A stretch of 64,000 bases of DNA, from NCBI GenBank assembly GCA_000004985.1, contig GG738865.1; one strand, 5' to 3'. Position 1 is the stretch's first letter. Each line of letters begins with the position of its first letter. A program made the position numbers and the translations under genes. The stretch is from Naegleria gruberi. Its lineage: Eukaryota. The notes under the pieces were generated by a model. That model searched no databases. It worked only from the letters and a program-made list of their open reading frames with translations, and had not been told where the DNA came from. This document shows positions 54,302 through 64,000 of this stretch, in pieces.

Positions 54302-57300
54302 TTAATGGATTTTAGTTTTCTTTCTTGGTTGACGAATACTGGTTGATTGTTTCCTATTATGATTGTTGTCATCTTGTGATTTTCTCTTGTTTTTTGATGA
54401 ATTAGAGGAAGAAGAAGAAGAAGCATTCTTGATTGAAGTGTTGATTTTCTCTGATTTTCTAAAAAGTCTTTCAATGGCTTCTTCCTTATCAGCAGTGGAA
54501 TTGAAATTCTTCTTGAATTCCTTTGAAAGTGCTTGTAATCTTGCTCTTTCTCTTGGTCCAACTGAGAGAATTTCACAATCTTGAGCTCCAATCAAATGTT
54601 TTGATCTTCTCTTACTCTTCTGAACTTGTTGATAATAATTTACTCTGACAGGATTATGAATATATTCAACTCGAGTTGTCTTGTCATCTAAAGTGGTTGT
54701 CTTTTTAACATATTGATTATTGAGTGAAATCTTCTTCTTTCGTCCTCTTTTCTTCTTATTTCCATTTTCTTCTATTGGATTCTCATCCAATATTTCACTT
54801 CTTGAATGGGTTGACAATGAATCATTACTTGCGATATCTGCATTTATAGCATTGTTAGTGCGATGACCTTTCTTTTTCAAGATTAGCTCTTGAACTTCTT
54901 TTTCAGATGTTTCATAAAAGTTTAATCCATTCGAAAGTTTGATTGATTCTTTCCAATAAACATCTCGAAGGGCATCTTTGAAAACATTAATCCTGGCAAG
55001 TGTTTTGGCTGATCTTTTATCTAATTCTGAATCTACTTTCGAATATTCTTCACTTTGTTTCAACAACGTTCTGGCTTGGAACTTTCTTTCAGATCTGCTC
55101 ATATTACTAATAGTTTCGTCTTGGAATAGTTTGGAATCGATTAGAATCTTTCTTGCTTGTGAATCAGTCAAAGATGGAAGAATTTCTTCAGCTTCCATTT
55201 CAATTTGTTTGTTAATTTCACTCACAAACAACTCAACATTTTTCACATTCTGCTGAACTAGCTCTAATAATTCTAATTTGACATTTTCCTTATTACTCTT
55301 AAAGCAAAGTTGGAAATTGCTTGTCTGTTCCCAAGGTAAATTATTTTTAATTCTCTGAATTGCATTAATTAATTTACGATACTTGTCTTCTAATTTGGCA
55401 TATGACAGCTCATAAGCAACCATGTCAGATCTGTCATCAATATGTTGTCTATTAAACTTGTAGTCTCCTAATATCATTGATTCATTCACACAAATCATTT
55501 CAGGTGTCACTAATCTTTGTAATTCTTCATCGGTTGGCAATTTTTCTTTAATTGCAACCCAAACATTTCCTTTTCTGTCCAAAGTGGCAAATTCTTTGAG
55601 TTTTTCTCTAATAGTTTGACGAGGAATATCATCAAACTTTGAAGTTATATCCTTTACACTTATTTTTGCCTTCTTTCCATTTCTAATTTTATCCTTAAAG
55701 AATTTACATATATGGTAAGAGAGTGCATTATTAATGTAGGAATCTAGTGAACGAGTTCTTGGAGGATAAACTTCAATTTGAGGCTGAATATGTCCAACTA
55801 GATATTCATTCGGTATTTCTCTTATAAACCATGTGCTTCTACCATCTGTGGTTGTTCTTTGACATAAAAGGAAATCAGAATTCTTAACTTTTTGTTCATA
55901 AATTTGTGACGAGTACATGTTATTTTGTGCAGTAATTATTTTATCATTAGATTCTAGATTAGTCAACAATGGTATCTCATCCTCATTATCAACCATTATA
56001 GTTATTCCATTTTTGTTAATTGGAATTGGTTGAAATGTTTCTGGTTTCTTACAATAGTTTACAATATTTGTTGCCATTCCAAATTTGTTAATGAGTGAAG
56101 GGGATCTTTCCAAAAATTCCATTAAAACAAGTTGATTATCAACAGCAGATAAATCCATTCTTGATTGAATCGATTTAATCTTTCTTTTTGGTTTCGAATA
56201 ATTCAAGCGGATAGATTCGTTCTTCTTGAAATGTGACAATTTCTTTTGACTAACTTCCTTTCCTTTAGGGAAGAGGTTATAATATTTGGAATCTAACTCT
56301 ATGGCCGGTTTCGAATGTTGAACATGATACTTCTTTGGAATTATTTCATTTCTATTCGAAACTTGATTACAAGAAGATTGATAAAGAAATTCAACTGAAA
56401 TTTCATCATTATCTTTGATTTCTAAATCAATATCATAAATCATTGATTTATCATTCAGGTCAAGAATTAGTTTTTCTTCGTTTGGTTTCGGTTGATTATC
56501 ATCCCAATAAATTTCGTCCAACCAATCACAATTGAGTAGATCAGTATTAAGGAATTGAAGATTTTCTTCTTTTAAATTAGATTTATCTATCAATTTGTTT
56601 GGAGAAACTTGAACATTTTCTTGAGGAGAGTCGAATTTCTTTTTCTTTCGGTATTTTCTCTTCTTTTTCAGAGAGGTTTCGGATAGGAAAGGAGTTTCTT
56701 CTAGAATGGAATTGGATAAAGGTACAGTAGTAATTGTTATTGATTTAGGCAAAGGAATAATTGCTTCCTCCTCAGACGAAACATGAATCATTCCCCAATT
56801 ACCAGAATTATGTTCATAACCAATTACTGATAATTCTTCTAGTATCGAATAACTTTGTTTACCAATTTCAACTCTACTATCATCTTCCCAAACAATTTCA
56901 TCTTCCCATTTCACCATATCAACATTTTCCACATTAACTCTCTCAGGAGGAATAAAGTTATCAATTTCATCTCTCTTCTTGAAATTATTCGAATCAACTT
57001 TAACCTTTCCATTCGAAACAGCTTTAATTTCAATCAAATTATCAAAATAGAAATTTTCCATTCCCTCCTGAACTTGTAAATCATCATTTCTTATCTTTGC
57101 ATAACTTTTTTTGGTAATCTTTTCAATTAAACCACCAAGAAAAAGAGTTTTATATTCATATTCACATTCTTCTTTAGATTTTCTGTTGTGCAAAATTAAT
57201 TCTTCTTCTTCATTATCAGAATTATCAAGTTGACAGTTGACTTCAAATTGCTGACCTATTCCACTTAAACTTTGAACCATATCTTGATCCATGGATTCAA

Positions 57301-57349
57301 AATTACCCAATAGGAGTGATAATCCTATATTTGTTGCCTTTTTAACCAT
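54302..57349 (-). CDS. Transcription initiation factor TFIID subunit 1 (TAF1), no bromodomains
   Basis: The central DUF3591 region aligns with human TAF1: ..KFGMATNIVNYCKK.. (cf. QVGMATKIKNYYKRK), ..TWFIREIPNEYLVGHIQPQIEVYPPRTRSLDSYINNALSYHICKFFKD.. and ..LPTDEELQRLVTPEMICVNESMI.. (cf. [23 protein letters not shown]). The gene is intronless over 3 kb. Confidence 0.75.
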   Translation of the reverse strand: MVKKATNIGLSLLLGNFESMDQDMVQSLSGIGQQFEVNCQLDNSDNEEEELILHNRKSKEECEYEYKTLFLGGLIEKITKKSYAKIRNDDLQVQEGMENFYFDNLIEIKAVSNGKVKVDSNNFKKRDEIDNFIPPERVNVENVDMVKWEDEIVWEDDSRVEIGKQSYSILEELSVIGYEHNSGNWGMIHVSSEEEAIIPLPKSITITTVPLSNSILEETPFLSETSLKKKRKYRKKKKFDSPQENVQVSPNKLIDKSNLKEENLQFLNTDLLNCDWLDEIYWDDNQPKPNEEKLILDLNDKSMIYDIDLEIKDNDEISVEFLYQSSCNQVSNRNEIIPKKYHVQHSKPAIELDSKYYNLFPKGKEVSQKKLSHFKKNESIRLNYSKPKRKIKSIQSRMDLSAVDNQLVLMEFLERSPSLINKFGMATNIVNYCKKPETFQPIPINKNGITIMVDNEDEIPLLTNLESNDKIITAQNNMYSSQIYEQKVKNSDFLLCQRTTTDGRSTWFIREIPNEYLVGHIQPQIEVYPPRTRSLDSYINNALSYHICKFFKDKIRNGKKAKISVKDITSKFDDIPRQTIREKLKEFATLDRKGNVWVAIKEKLPTDEELQRLVTPEMICVNESMILGDYKFNRQHIDDRSDMVAYELSYAKLEDKYRKLINAIQRIKNNLPWEQTSNFQLCFKSNKENVKLELLELVQQNVKNVELFVSEINKQIEMEAEEILPSLTDSQARKILIDSKLFQDETISNMSRSERKFQARTLLKQSEEYSKVDSELDKRSAKTLARINVFKDALRDVYWKESIKLSNGLNFYETSEKEVQELILKKKGHRTNNAINADIASNDSLSTHSRSEILDENPIEENGNKKKRGRKKKISLNNQYVKKTTTLDDKTTRVEYIHNPVRVNYYQQVQKSKRRSKHLIGAQDCEILSVGPRERARLQALSKEFKKNFNSTADKEEAIERLFRKSEKINTSIKNASSSSSSNSSKNKRKSQDDNNHNRKQSTSIRQPRKKTKIH

Positions 57350-57811
57350 ATATGTTTATACTTTTTTGAAGTTTACGCAACAGTGTCACATTCTTTGACA
57401 TTTCAACTTTTCAATTTTTGTAAAGTTCTTTAAATTGTTATGGTTTTCATATTATTTAAGGCAAATAAATAGTGAACTTGATGAATTTACAAATTTCACC
57501 AACTTCATATCCAATTGTTTGAAAAAAATATCATCAAATCAACAACATGCTGCAATTCATATTGGTCACCACATTACGTGCTTCTTGATCCTTCTTGAGG
57601 GAGGAATAAAAAAATAGTTTACAAAATTTAGGAGATTTTGGATTTTAAACAAAATACTCAAACAGTAGTACATCATGATATTTATGTCATCTGTGCTTGA
57701 ACGAATCCAATAATGTGGTGACCAAGCCATTGGAAAGATTGTCATCATATAAACTTGTGTGAATTTCAGAAGTTCACAACCTTGAGAATTTCAAAAACCA
57801 ACACAAAAAAA

Positions 57812-58357
57812 ATGGCGCAACATTCCCTGTGCAACAATGATGAATGCAACAAACGAATTCGATCCACCATTGAACAATTACCCACCGAATGTTGGTTAAA
57901 TATTTTCAAATATTTAGAATTGCAAGAAATTAAAAGAATTTCCCTCCTAATGAGTCCTGTCATTACTTGGCAATTATTGGACACAACTGATCAGAGTTTT
58001 TTCCGATTATTGTGTGAAGCAAATTTAAAAAGTGATTTGGAGAAGGTTATTCAATCCATTATAGAAAGACCTCAGGTACCACAGTTAGCATACAAGGTGT
58101 TGAAAGGAGCAAGTGCATTGCCACGTAGTCAATTCGTGTACTCCATTTCACAATTGAGAGAAAAACTTAGAATTTGTGTTTTAAAATCAAAAGTATTGTT
58201 TCCTAATTGGTTTAAAGAGGAATCTTTGAATGAATCAATTGATGAAGCTGTTCAGTATTCCTATTCGATTAATAGACCAGTAGTTTTTGATGATGATGAA
58301 AATGATGAAATTGTTGGAAATTATGTGGAAAAGCAAAGACGAAAGGCATCAATTTAG
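57812..58357 (+). CDS. F-box protein, N-terminal part ending at an in-frame TAG
   Basis: The ATG is at 57812. An F-box motif (LPTECWLNIFKYLELQEIKRISLL) is present. The ORF ends at a TAG at 58355..58357, and the same frame reopens 12 bp later. Confidence 0.5.
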   Translation: MAQHSLCNNDECNKRIRSTIEQLPTECWLNIFKYLELQEIKRISLLMSPVITWQLLDTTDQSFFRLLCEANLKSDLEKVIQSIIERPQVPQLAYKVLKGASALPRSQFVYSISQLREKLRICVLKSKVLFPNWFKEESLNESIDEAVQYSYSINRPVVFDDDENDEIVGNYVEKQRRKASI

Positions 58358-58369
58358 AAGAGATTAAAA

Positions 58370-59517
58370 TTGAAGAGCTACACTTTTTTGAAAGATTTGC
58401 AAAAGCAAGTTGACAAACAATCAAAAAGACCTACTAAATGGAAATCAGTATGGAATGGTTATTGTAATCAGCACGTTATCAATGATATTACAAATTACAC
58501 ATTAGAATTGGAACATTCCGTGCTAAAAGAAGATGAATTAGTTCCAGATGATTTATATAGATTTATAGAAAAAATCAACAAGTTGTTTGATATGGAACCT
58601 CTATTAAGAAGAAAGATAATGTTCGAAACCATGGCGTTTCCTACCAAGAAATCTAGGACGGCCAATACACATTTTAGGAGGTTCAATACGGAAGTGTATC
58701 GTATTGATTTCCAAGACAGCTCAGTTTTCTTTTCTAAAATTGTGAGAATTTTCTCAAAATTCAGAACAACCATATCTTCTTACTATGTTGCAGAGAAGTA
58801 TAAGAATATCATTGACTTTTTTGTGCAGGAATCAATTGAATATGGAGTTAAAATTCCAATTCTTGTTGATTGTAAGTTTTTTATTCATGTTTGATTTACA
58901 AGTTTTTAGGTTTCTTGGAGAATAATGCACCAATTCACTCGATTCTAACATCCGACTATGGCGGATTGGGTTTGCATATTATTAGAAAGTACCCTCATTT
59001 CATTAAGGAAAGCTCAATAGATTTCAGATTCTATATTCTAGTCAGGTGTTTGAAACATCACTTGGATATCAATATCATTCATTCACTCTTTTATAGTGGG
59101 ATACTCGATTCTAATGTTTTGGAGCATGTACACCGTAATCAATCTGGAGCTACGCCTATAAATCGTTGTAGTATTGGAAAAAGGAATCAAGATACACTTG
59201 ATGGGTCAATGCCTTTATATTTCATGTATGCCATTCATCGACAATATCTTACGAATGAGAATAGATGTTACTTTAGAGAAATATTTAATTTATTTATTGA
59301 TTGCTTTGAAGGAAGAAAAATCCCAGAGTCAAGAAATCCAAATTCTGGAAATTCATTTCATAGATCTGAAAATCATCAATTCCAACAATTCTTGGAAGGA
59401 GCTCTTAATTTCCATTATTATTCATTTAAGGATTTTGCTAAAGAAATGGAAGAACTCAAATTTCCCAAGGACCAAGAAATTGAAACCAACATCTATCAAG
59501 AAGGAGATGAATGGTAA
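58370..59517 (+). CDS. ORF continuing the frame of the preceding F-box gene, with no ATG for 75 codons; two exons
   Basis: The exons are about 58370..58871 and 58910..59517, separated by a 38-bp intron at 58872..58909 (GTAAGT..TTTTTAG) in phase 1. The first part is non-repetitive, coding-like sequence in the same frame as 57812..58354. Confidence 0.35.
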
Positions 59518-59557
59518 ATTTATGAATGTGGTTTGTCACATACCTCTTGGACAGGAT

Positions 59558-60866
59558 TTATTTTCTAATAAATTCATCAATTTCCTTAATAAACTTTTCT
59601 CCATAAAATTGAATCCAATGAGAACTCTCTTTCACAATAAAAACCTTTGATTCCTTCTGAGCTCTTTCGGTCAATGCTTCCTTCAATGCAAAGTGTGCAC
59701 TTTCCTCAGTTAAATATCTGTCATTTTCTGCATGCAAAAACAAAACTGGCACATCAACCTTCTCCTTATCAAAACTTCTAGTCGATTGAGTACGAAATGC
59801 AGCTCTGTAAAATGAAGTTGCTGTAATGTAGCTCGATTTAATATTTTCCAACCAGAGTTTAGCTTCTTCAGCACTCAATCTTCCTTGATGAGCTTCTTGG
59901 TCGAAACCTGCTGTATTGAAGAACATGGCATAGTCGTTTCTTGTGGAAATTAATTCACTCAATCCAACCAATTGAAGGAAGAAAATGTACCAACTCTTGG
60001 TCAATTGCCTGAAGAATTTTGCAGTATGTTCCTTGATATATTTACCTTCATTTACACGCATTGCAAGTCCAAGAACTGATTTTTCAATAATTTCTGGATA
60101 TTCTCTGAGAAATTGAATTTAAAGTTTACAATGAGTCAACTTACTTCATGGTGAAACCCAATGCTGCTGCACCCCAATCGTGAGAAATGAAGATAGCCTT
60201 TTCTCTCTTGGCATATTCTGTAACTAAAAGTTGATAATCTTTGGCCAATTTCACATCAACATATTCATATGGAATTGAATTGAGATCCTTGAGATATTTC
60301 TTTAAAGATTCAAAGGACATGTCAGTTGGCAGTCCTTTGCTAACTTGTTCCAAATCAACACCTTCTGGAACTGGTTTAGAGCTTGCATTGTATCCTCTAT
60401 TATCGAAAAAAGGAGGAAATATATTTCAAATAAATATTCGAAACTATTGAAACACATACCTCATATCAGGAGCAATGACCCAATATCCTTGTTGAATGAA
60501 ATGATCCAGATATCTTCCGAAACACAACAAGGCAGTTTCTGGATAGCCATGCATAAAAATCAATAACTTTTGATTCGTTTCTCCTTCCTTTCTTCCTCCT
60601 TCCAATGCATTAAAAATAATTCCATTCGAAAGTGAAATCTTGACAAAATTAGCCAATTTAGGTGGGAAATTCATAGTAATACCATTGGCTTTCATAATGG
60701 GATTCATCTTTTCATGATATTCCTCCAATGTTTGGATTGGCCAATCTTTACTCAACTGGTCAAGGTTTGGAAATGGATAAAAAGCTAAAAAACCAAACCA
60801 AGCCGAAATGAGAAGAATGATGGAAAGGAAAACAGTTCGACAACAGGTGGAGAGCAATCCTGACAT
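59558..60866 (-). CDS. Epoxide hydrolase-like alpha/beta hydrolase with an N-terminal signal anchor, three exons
   Basis: The exons are 60460..60866, 60145..60396 and 59558..60104, separated by introns of 63 bp (GTATGT..AATAG) and 40 bp (GTAAGT..TCTCAG). The spliced protein carries HGYPE..W, a ..DMRGYNASSKP motif (cf. DLRGYGDS), the ISHDWGAA nucleophile elbow, and a C-terminal ..SSHWIQ His region. Confidence 0.75.
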
Positions 60867-61085
60867 TTTTTTTTCAATCAAGATCTTGTGAAAAACTGTT
60901 GAAAGAAACGAAAGCTTCCGAAATGGAACGTGGGAGGAGATTCATGATGTGGTAACCAATCAATTGATTACATTATTTTTTCTTTACAATTAATTGTACA
61001 ATTTATTTATTAATATAATATAATTTAAATATATATTGTTCGTCTTTTTAACAAAATTTTGATATTGAACTGATAAGAAATCAAA

Positions 61086-63026
61086 TTATTCAACGTCAAG
61101 ATCATTAAAAGTTGGAGCTTTTGTTTCTGTTGGTTCTGATTGAAATGAATCAGAGGAAGCAGCAGATTGAGGAGAATGAATGTTAGCCATAATTGGAGAA
61201 CAAATTCTTTCTAATTGTTGCTTCTTTTGTTCAATTTCTTCCAATGAACAACTCAATACATTATTCATATTATCTAACCATGATTGAATCTCATTACATG
61301 CAGAGTTGACCTTACTCTTATCATCTTGTGAGATCTTTGTTGAATAGTTAGGATCTTCCATGGTAGATTTGATGGAGAAGACATAATTTTCCAATGAATT
61401 CTTTGCATCAATCTTTTCCTTTGCAATTTTATCTTGAGCTTCCATTTCTTGAGCTTGTTTTAACATTTCTTTGATTTCTTCATCGGATAATCTTCCTTTT
61501 TCATTGTTAATAGTTAAAGATTCAGTCTTACCAGAACATTGAGCAGAAACTGTCATGATACTATTAGTGTCAACATTAAATGTCACATCAATTACTGGAA
61601 CACCTCTTTTAGCAGGTGGAATTCCTTCCAAATTGAATTTACCCAATAAGTGATTATCCTTTGTCAATGGTCTTTCACCTTCATACACTTGAATAGTGAC
61701 AGCTGTCTGATTATCAGCATAGGTAGAAAATTGCATGGTTTTCTTACATGGAATCTTTGAATTTCTATCAATCAATTTAGTCATTACTCCACCAGCAGTT
61801 TCAATTCCCAATGACAATGGAGCAACATCAACCAATAGAACTTTCTTTTCCTTTCCTGTCAACACAGCACCTTGAACAGCAGCTCCATAAGCAACTGCTT
61901 CATCTGGATTGATTGACTTGCAAAGTTCTTTACCATTGAAGAAGTCTTTGAGCATATCTTGAACTTTTGGAATACGAGTTGAACCACCAACCAAAACAAT
62001 GTCATCAATTTGTGACTTGTCATAACCAGAATCTTGAATTACCTTCTTGACAGGTTCGAAACATTTCTTGAACAATTCCAAATTCAATTGTTCAAATTTG
62101 GCACGTGTCATGACAATGTCCATATCCAATCCATCCATAATGGCATCCACGTTAATGGAAGCATTCGATGCTGCAGATAAATTTCTCTTTGCTCTTTCAC
62201 ATGCAGTTCTCAATCTTCTTAATGCTCTTGGATTTTCCTTAACATTCTTCTTGAACTTTCTCTTGAATTCTTCACAACAGAATTCGACCATCAAATTATC
62301 AAAATCTTCACCTCCTAAATGGGTATCACCTGCTGTTGCTTTCACTTCAAATAATTCACCATCATCAATGTCAAGAATTGAAACATCAAATGTACCACCA
62401 CCCAAATCGAATATCAAAACAGTTCTTTCACCTTTCTTATTTAAACCATAGGCAATAGCAGCAGCTGTTGGTTCATTAACAATTCTCAAAACATCTAAAC
62501 CAGCAATGGTTCCACTATCTTTGGTGGATTGTCTTTGAGAGTCATTGAAATAGGCAGGAACTGTGATGACTGCCTTCTTTACAGTTTTACCCAAATATTG
62601 TTCAGCAATGTCTTTCATTTTGGTTAGAACCATGGCTGAGATTTGTTCTGGAGTGAATGTGTGAATTTCACCTTTGAATTCGACTTGAATTTTAGGTTTA
62701 TCATCACCTGTTTCAGAGACAACTTTGAATGGCCAATGTTTCATATCATCTTGAACAGTTTCCTCTGAAAACTTTCTACCAATTAAACGTTTAGCATCGA
62801 ATACAGTATTGTGTGGGTTCATTGCCACTTGATTCTTTGCAGAATCACCAATCAATCTCTCTTGATCTGTGAATGCAACATAGGAAGGAGTTGTTCTATT
62901 ACCTTGATCATTTGGAACAATTTCAATAGTATCATTCATGTAAACACCAACACAGGAATAGGTTGTTCCCAAATCAATTCCAATAGCACCGTCAAATAGT
63001 TCAGAAGTTGTTGAAGTAGTAGACAT
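61086..63026 (-). CDS. Hsp70 family chaperone (cytosolic type, divergent, C-terminus not EEVD)
   Basis: The 646-aa ORF has an ATG at 63026 and the signatures [24 protein letters not shown] and [14 protein letters not shown]. There is no signal peptide or presequence. It ends ..TFNDLDVE. Confidence 0.9.
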   Translation of the reverse strand: MSTTSTTSELFDGAIGIDLGTTYSCVGVYMNDTIEIVPNDQGNRTTPSYVAFTDQERLIGDSAKNQVAMNPHNTVFDAKRLIGRKFSEETVQDDMKHWPFKVVSETGDDKPKIQVEFKGEIHTFTPEQISAMVLTKMKDIAEQYLGKTVKKAVITVPAYFNDSQRQSTKDSGTIAGLDVLRIVNEPTAAAIAYGLNKKGERTVLIFDLGGGTFDVSILDIDDGELFEVKATAGDTHLGGEDFDNLMVEFCCEEFKRKFKKNVKENPRALRRLRTACERAKRNLSAASNASINVDAIMDGLDMDIVMTRAKFEQLNLELFKKCFEPVKKVIQDSGYDKSQIDDIVLVGGSTRIPKVQDMLKDFFNGKELCKSINPDEAVAYGAAVQGAVLTGKEKKVLLVDVAPLSLGIETAGGVMTKLIDRNSKIPCKKTMQFSTYADNQTAVTIQVYEGERPLTKDNHLLGKFNLEGIPPAKRGVPVIDVTFNVDTNSIMTVSAQCSGKTESLTINNEKGRLSDEEIKEMLKQAQEMEAQDKIAKEKIDAKNSLENYVFSIKSTMEDPNYSTKISQDDKSKVNSACNEIQSWLDNMNNVLSCSLEEIEQKKQQLERICSPIMANIHSPQSAASSDSFQSEPTETKAPTFNDLDVE

Positions 63027-63115
63027 TTTGAAATTATAGTATATTAATTACAATAGTATTGTTTTTTTTCAGTTTGTGATTTTGTTGCTGCTGTTGATAA
63101 ATGTTGCATTGGTGG

Positions 63116-63125
63116 TTTTTATATA
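63116..63125 (-). promoter_or_regulatory. TATA-like element upstream of the Hsp70 gene
   Basis: The minus strand reads TATATAAAAA about 90 nt upstream of the Hsp70 ATG. GAA-containing repeats lie further upstream at 63160..63240. Confidence 0.3.
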
Positions 63126-63358
63126 GATTGTTGTTTGTGGATTTTGTCATGGAAGTTATTTCGGTAAATAAGGAAGTGAAACCGAAAATCAAGGAAATTA
63201 AGGAACTGAGATACCGAAGTTACCGAGAGTGAAAATTAGATATTTTTCAGACCATTTTTGTAAACAACCAACTTTCAATCAGAATCCAAAAGTAATATTT
63301 TTAAATTCTTTAATGTTTAGTAATAGTATAAATTTTGGCGCCAATCAAATACAAAAAA

Positions 63359-64000
63359 ATGTTTCGAGGTGGTAAACCCACTGCTTCTCGGGTTTCTACG
63401 AATATACAAAAACCATCCACGAATAGGGTATTACCCTCATCAGCATCATCAAAAGGTGGTACTTCTGCTTCTTCGGGAGTAAAAGGAGTAGTCACTACAC
63501 CATCCACTCCAAAGACAAGGCTATCAGCAGCATCATCGGTGGTGAGAACTTCCTCTTCATCGCAACCTCAACCATCTAAGAGCCCTAGTAATATTGGAAA
63601 GAATAATATACATTATAATCATAGAAATCCTAGTGAGGATATATCCCGAGAATCAAATAATAGTAAAATTGAGGAAGAAGATGACGACGATATGGAAATA
63701 ATGTCAGTCAATGACCAATATCAATATTTAAAAGACTCGAACAAATCTAAGGATCAAAATTCTAGTATCAAGTCAATTAGATCAAGTCGATCGAGTAAAT
63801 CTAATAGATCTACAATGTCGGAAATGGGTATGTCTGACGATTCAATCCCTTTGAAAATGAAAAAGAAGGTTCAAATTGAAACTCCAAGAGAAAGGGACTA
63901 CAGAGATTCAAGAGATTCTAGTAGTACTCGTTCAATACCAACTGAGGAGCAAAATGAGGACTTTGGGGAAGAGCAAAGTGTATCCAGTTCAAATAATTCT
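63359..64000 (+). CDS. Ser-rich hypothetical protein, 5' part (runs off the window)
   Basis: The ATG at 63359 follows a TATAAA at 63326. The frame stays open for 214 codons to the window end (MFRGGKPTASRVSTNIQKPS...). The composition is Ser/Asn-rich and low-complexity, with an acidic patch. Confidence 0.4.
   Translation, partial: MFRGGKPTASRVSTNIQKPSTNRVLPSSASSKGGTSASSGVKGVVTTPSTPKTRLSAASSVVRTSSSSQPQPSKSPSNIGKNNIHYNHRNPSEDISRESNNSKIEEEDDDDMEIMSVNDQYQYLKDSNKSKDQNSSIKSIRSSRSSKSNRSTMSEMGMSDDSIPLKMKKKVQIETPRERDYRDSRDSSSTRSIPTEEQNEDFGEEQSVSSSNNS

Noticed and set aside
63160-63240. Cluster of GAA units upstream of hsp70 as a heat-shock element
   Set aside because: The units are mostly in the same orientation with irregular spacing. 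No clean nGAAnnTTCnnGAAn inverted triplet is present, so an HSE call is not supported from sequence alone.
1-64000. Search for tRNA, rRNA, transposon ends, LTRs or prokaryotic defence-island architecture
   Set aside because: I found no GTTCGA/TTCGAATC T-arm-like boxes in a tRNA context, no long terminal or inverted repeats, and no integrase or transposase-like ORFs. Gene content and splice signals are uniformly eukaryotic, so prokaryotic system models do not apply.

Overview
This window is compact, AT-rich eukaryotic nuclear DNA, not a prokaryotic island. It holds about 36 protein-coding genes, roughly one per 1.8 kb. The spliceosomal GT-AG introns I could reconstruct are very short (38-64 bp, mostly GTAAGT or GTATGT donors) and cluster near gene 5' ends; many genes have none. 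I found no rRNA, tRNA, transposon or CRISPR-like structure. The supplied ORF track allows TTG and GTG starts, so several listed starts are not the true initiator, and I corrected them to the first ATG where that was clear. Recognisable housekeeping genes are cytosolic Hsp70, a fungal-type kinesin-1, poly(A) polymerase, UGGT, TAF1, MO25, a delta-9 desaturase-cytochrome b5 fusion, the F1-ATPase assembly factor ATP12, a two-box HMGB protein, a gamma-tubulin complex protein, an epoxide hydrolase and an MGRN1-like RING E3. The kinesin is clearly fungal-type, but an ODA16/DAW1 dynein-arm assembly factor and a RIIa-like guanylate-kinase-like protein point to a flagellated organism. A zoosporic, early-diverging fungus-like opisthokont would fit; this is inference, not identification. 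The most unusual loci are a 1512-aa receptor combining an NHL-like propeller and EGF ectodomain, a GAIN/GPS site, seven TM helices and a C-terminal RGS domain; a single-pass receptor kinase with a parallel beta-helix ectodomain; a spliced bacterial-type AnmK/levoglucosan-kinase gene; bacterial-type PrcB_C-like and tandem YiiX/NlpC-P60-like proteins; a kinesin first exon whose frame is broken by two G-run indels; an F-box gene interrupted by an in-frame TAG; and several gene pairs whose stops lie 1-35 bp apart.
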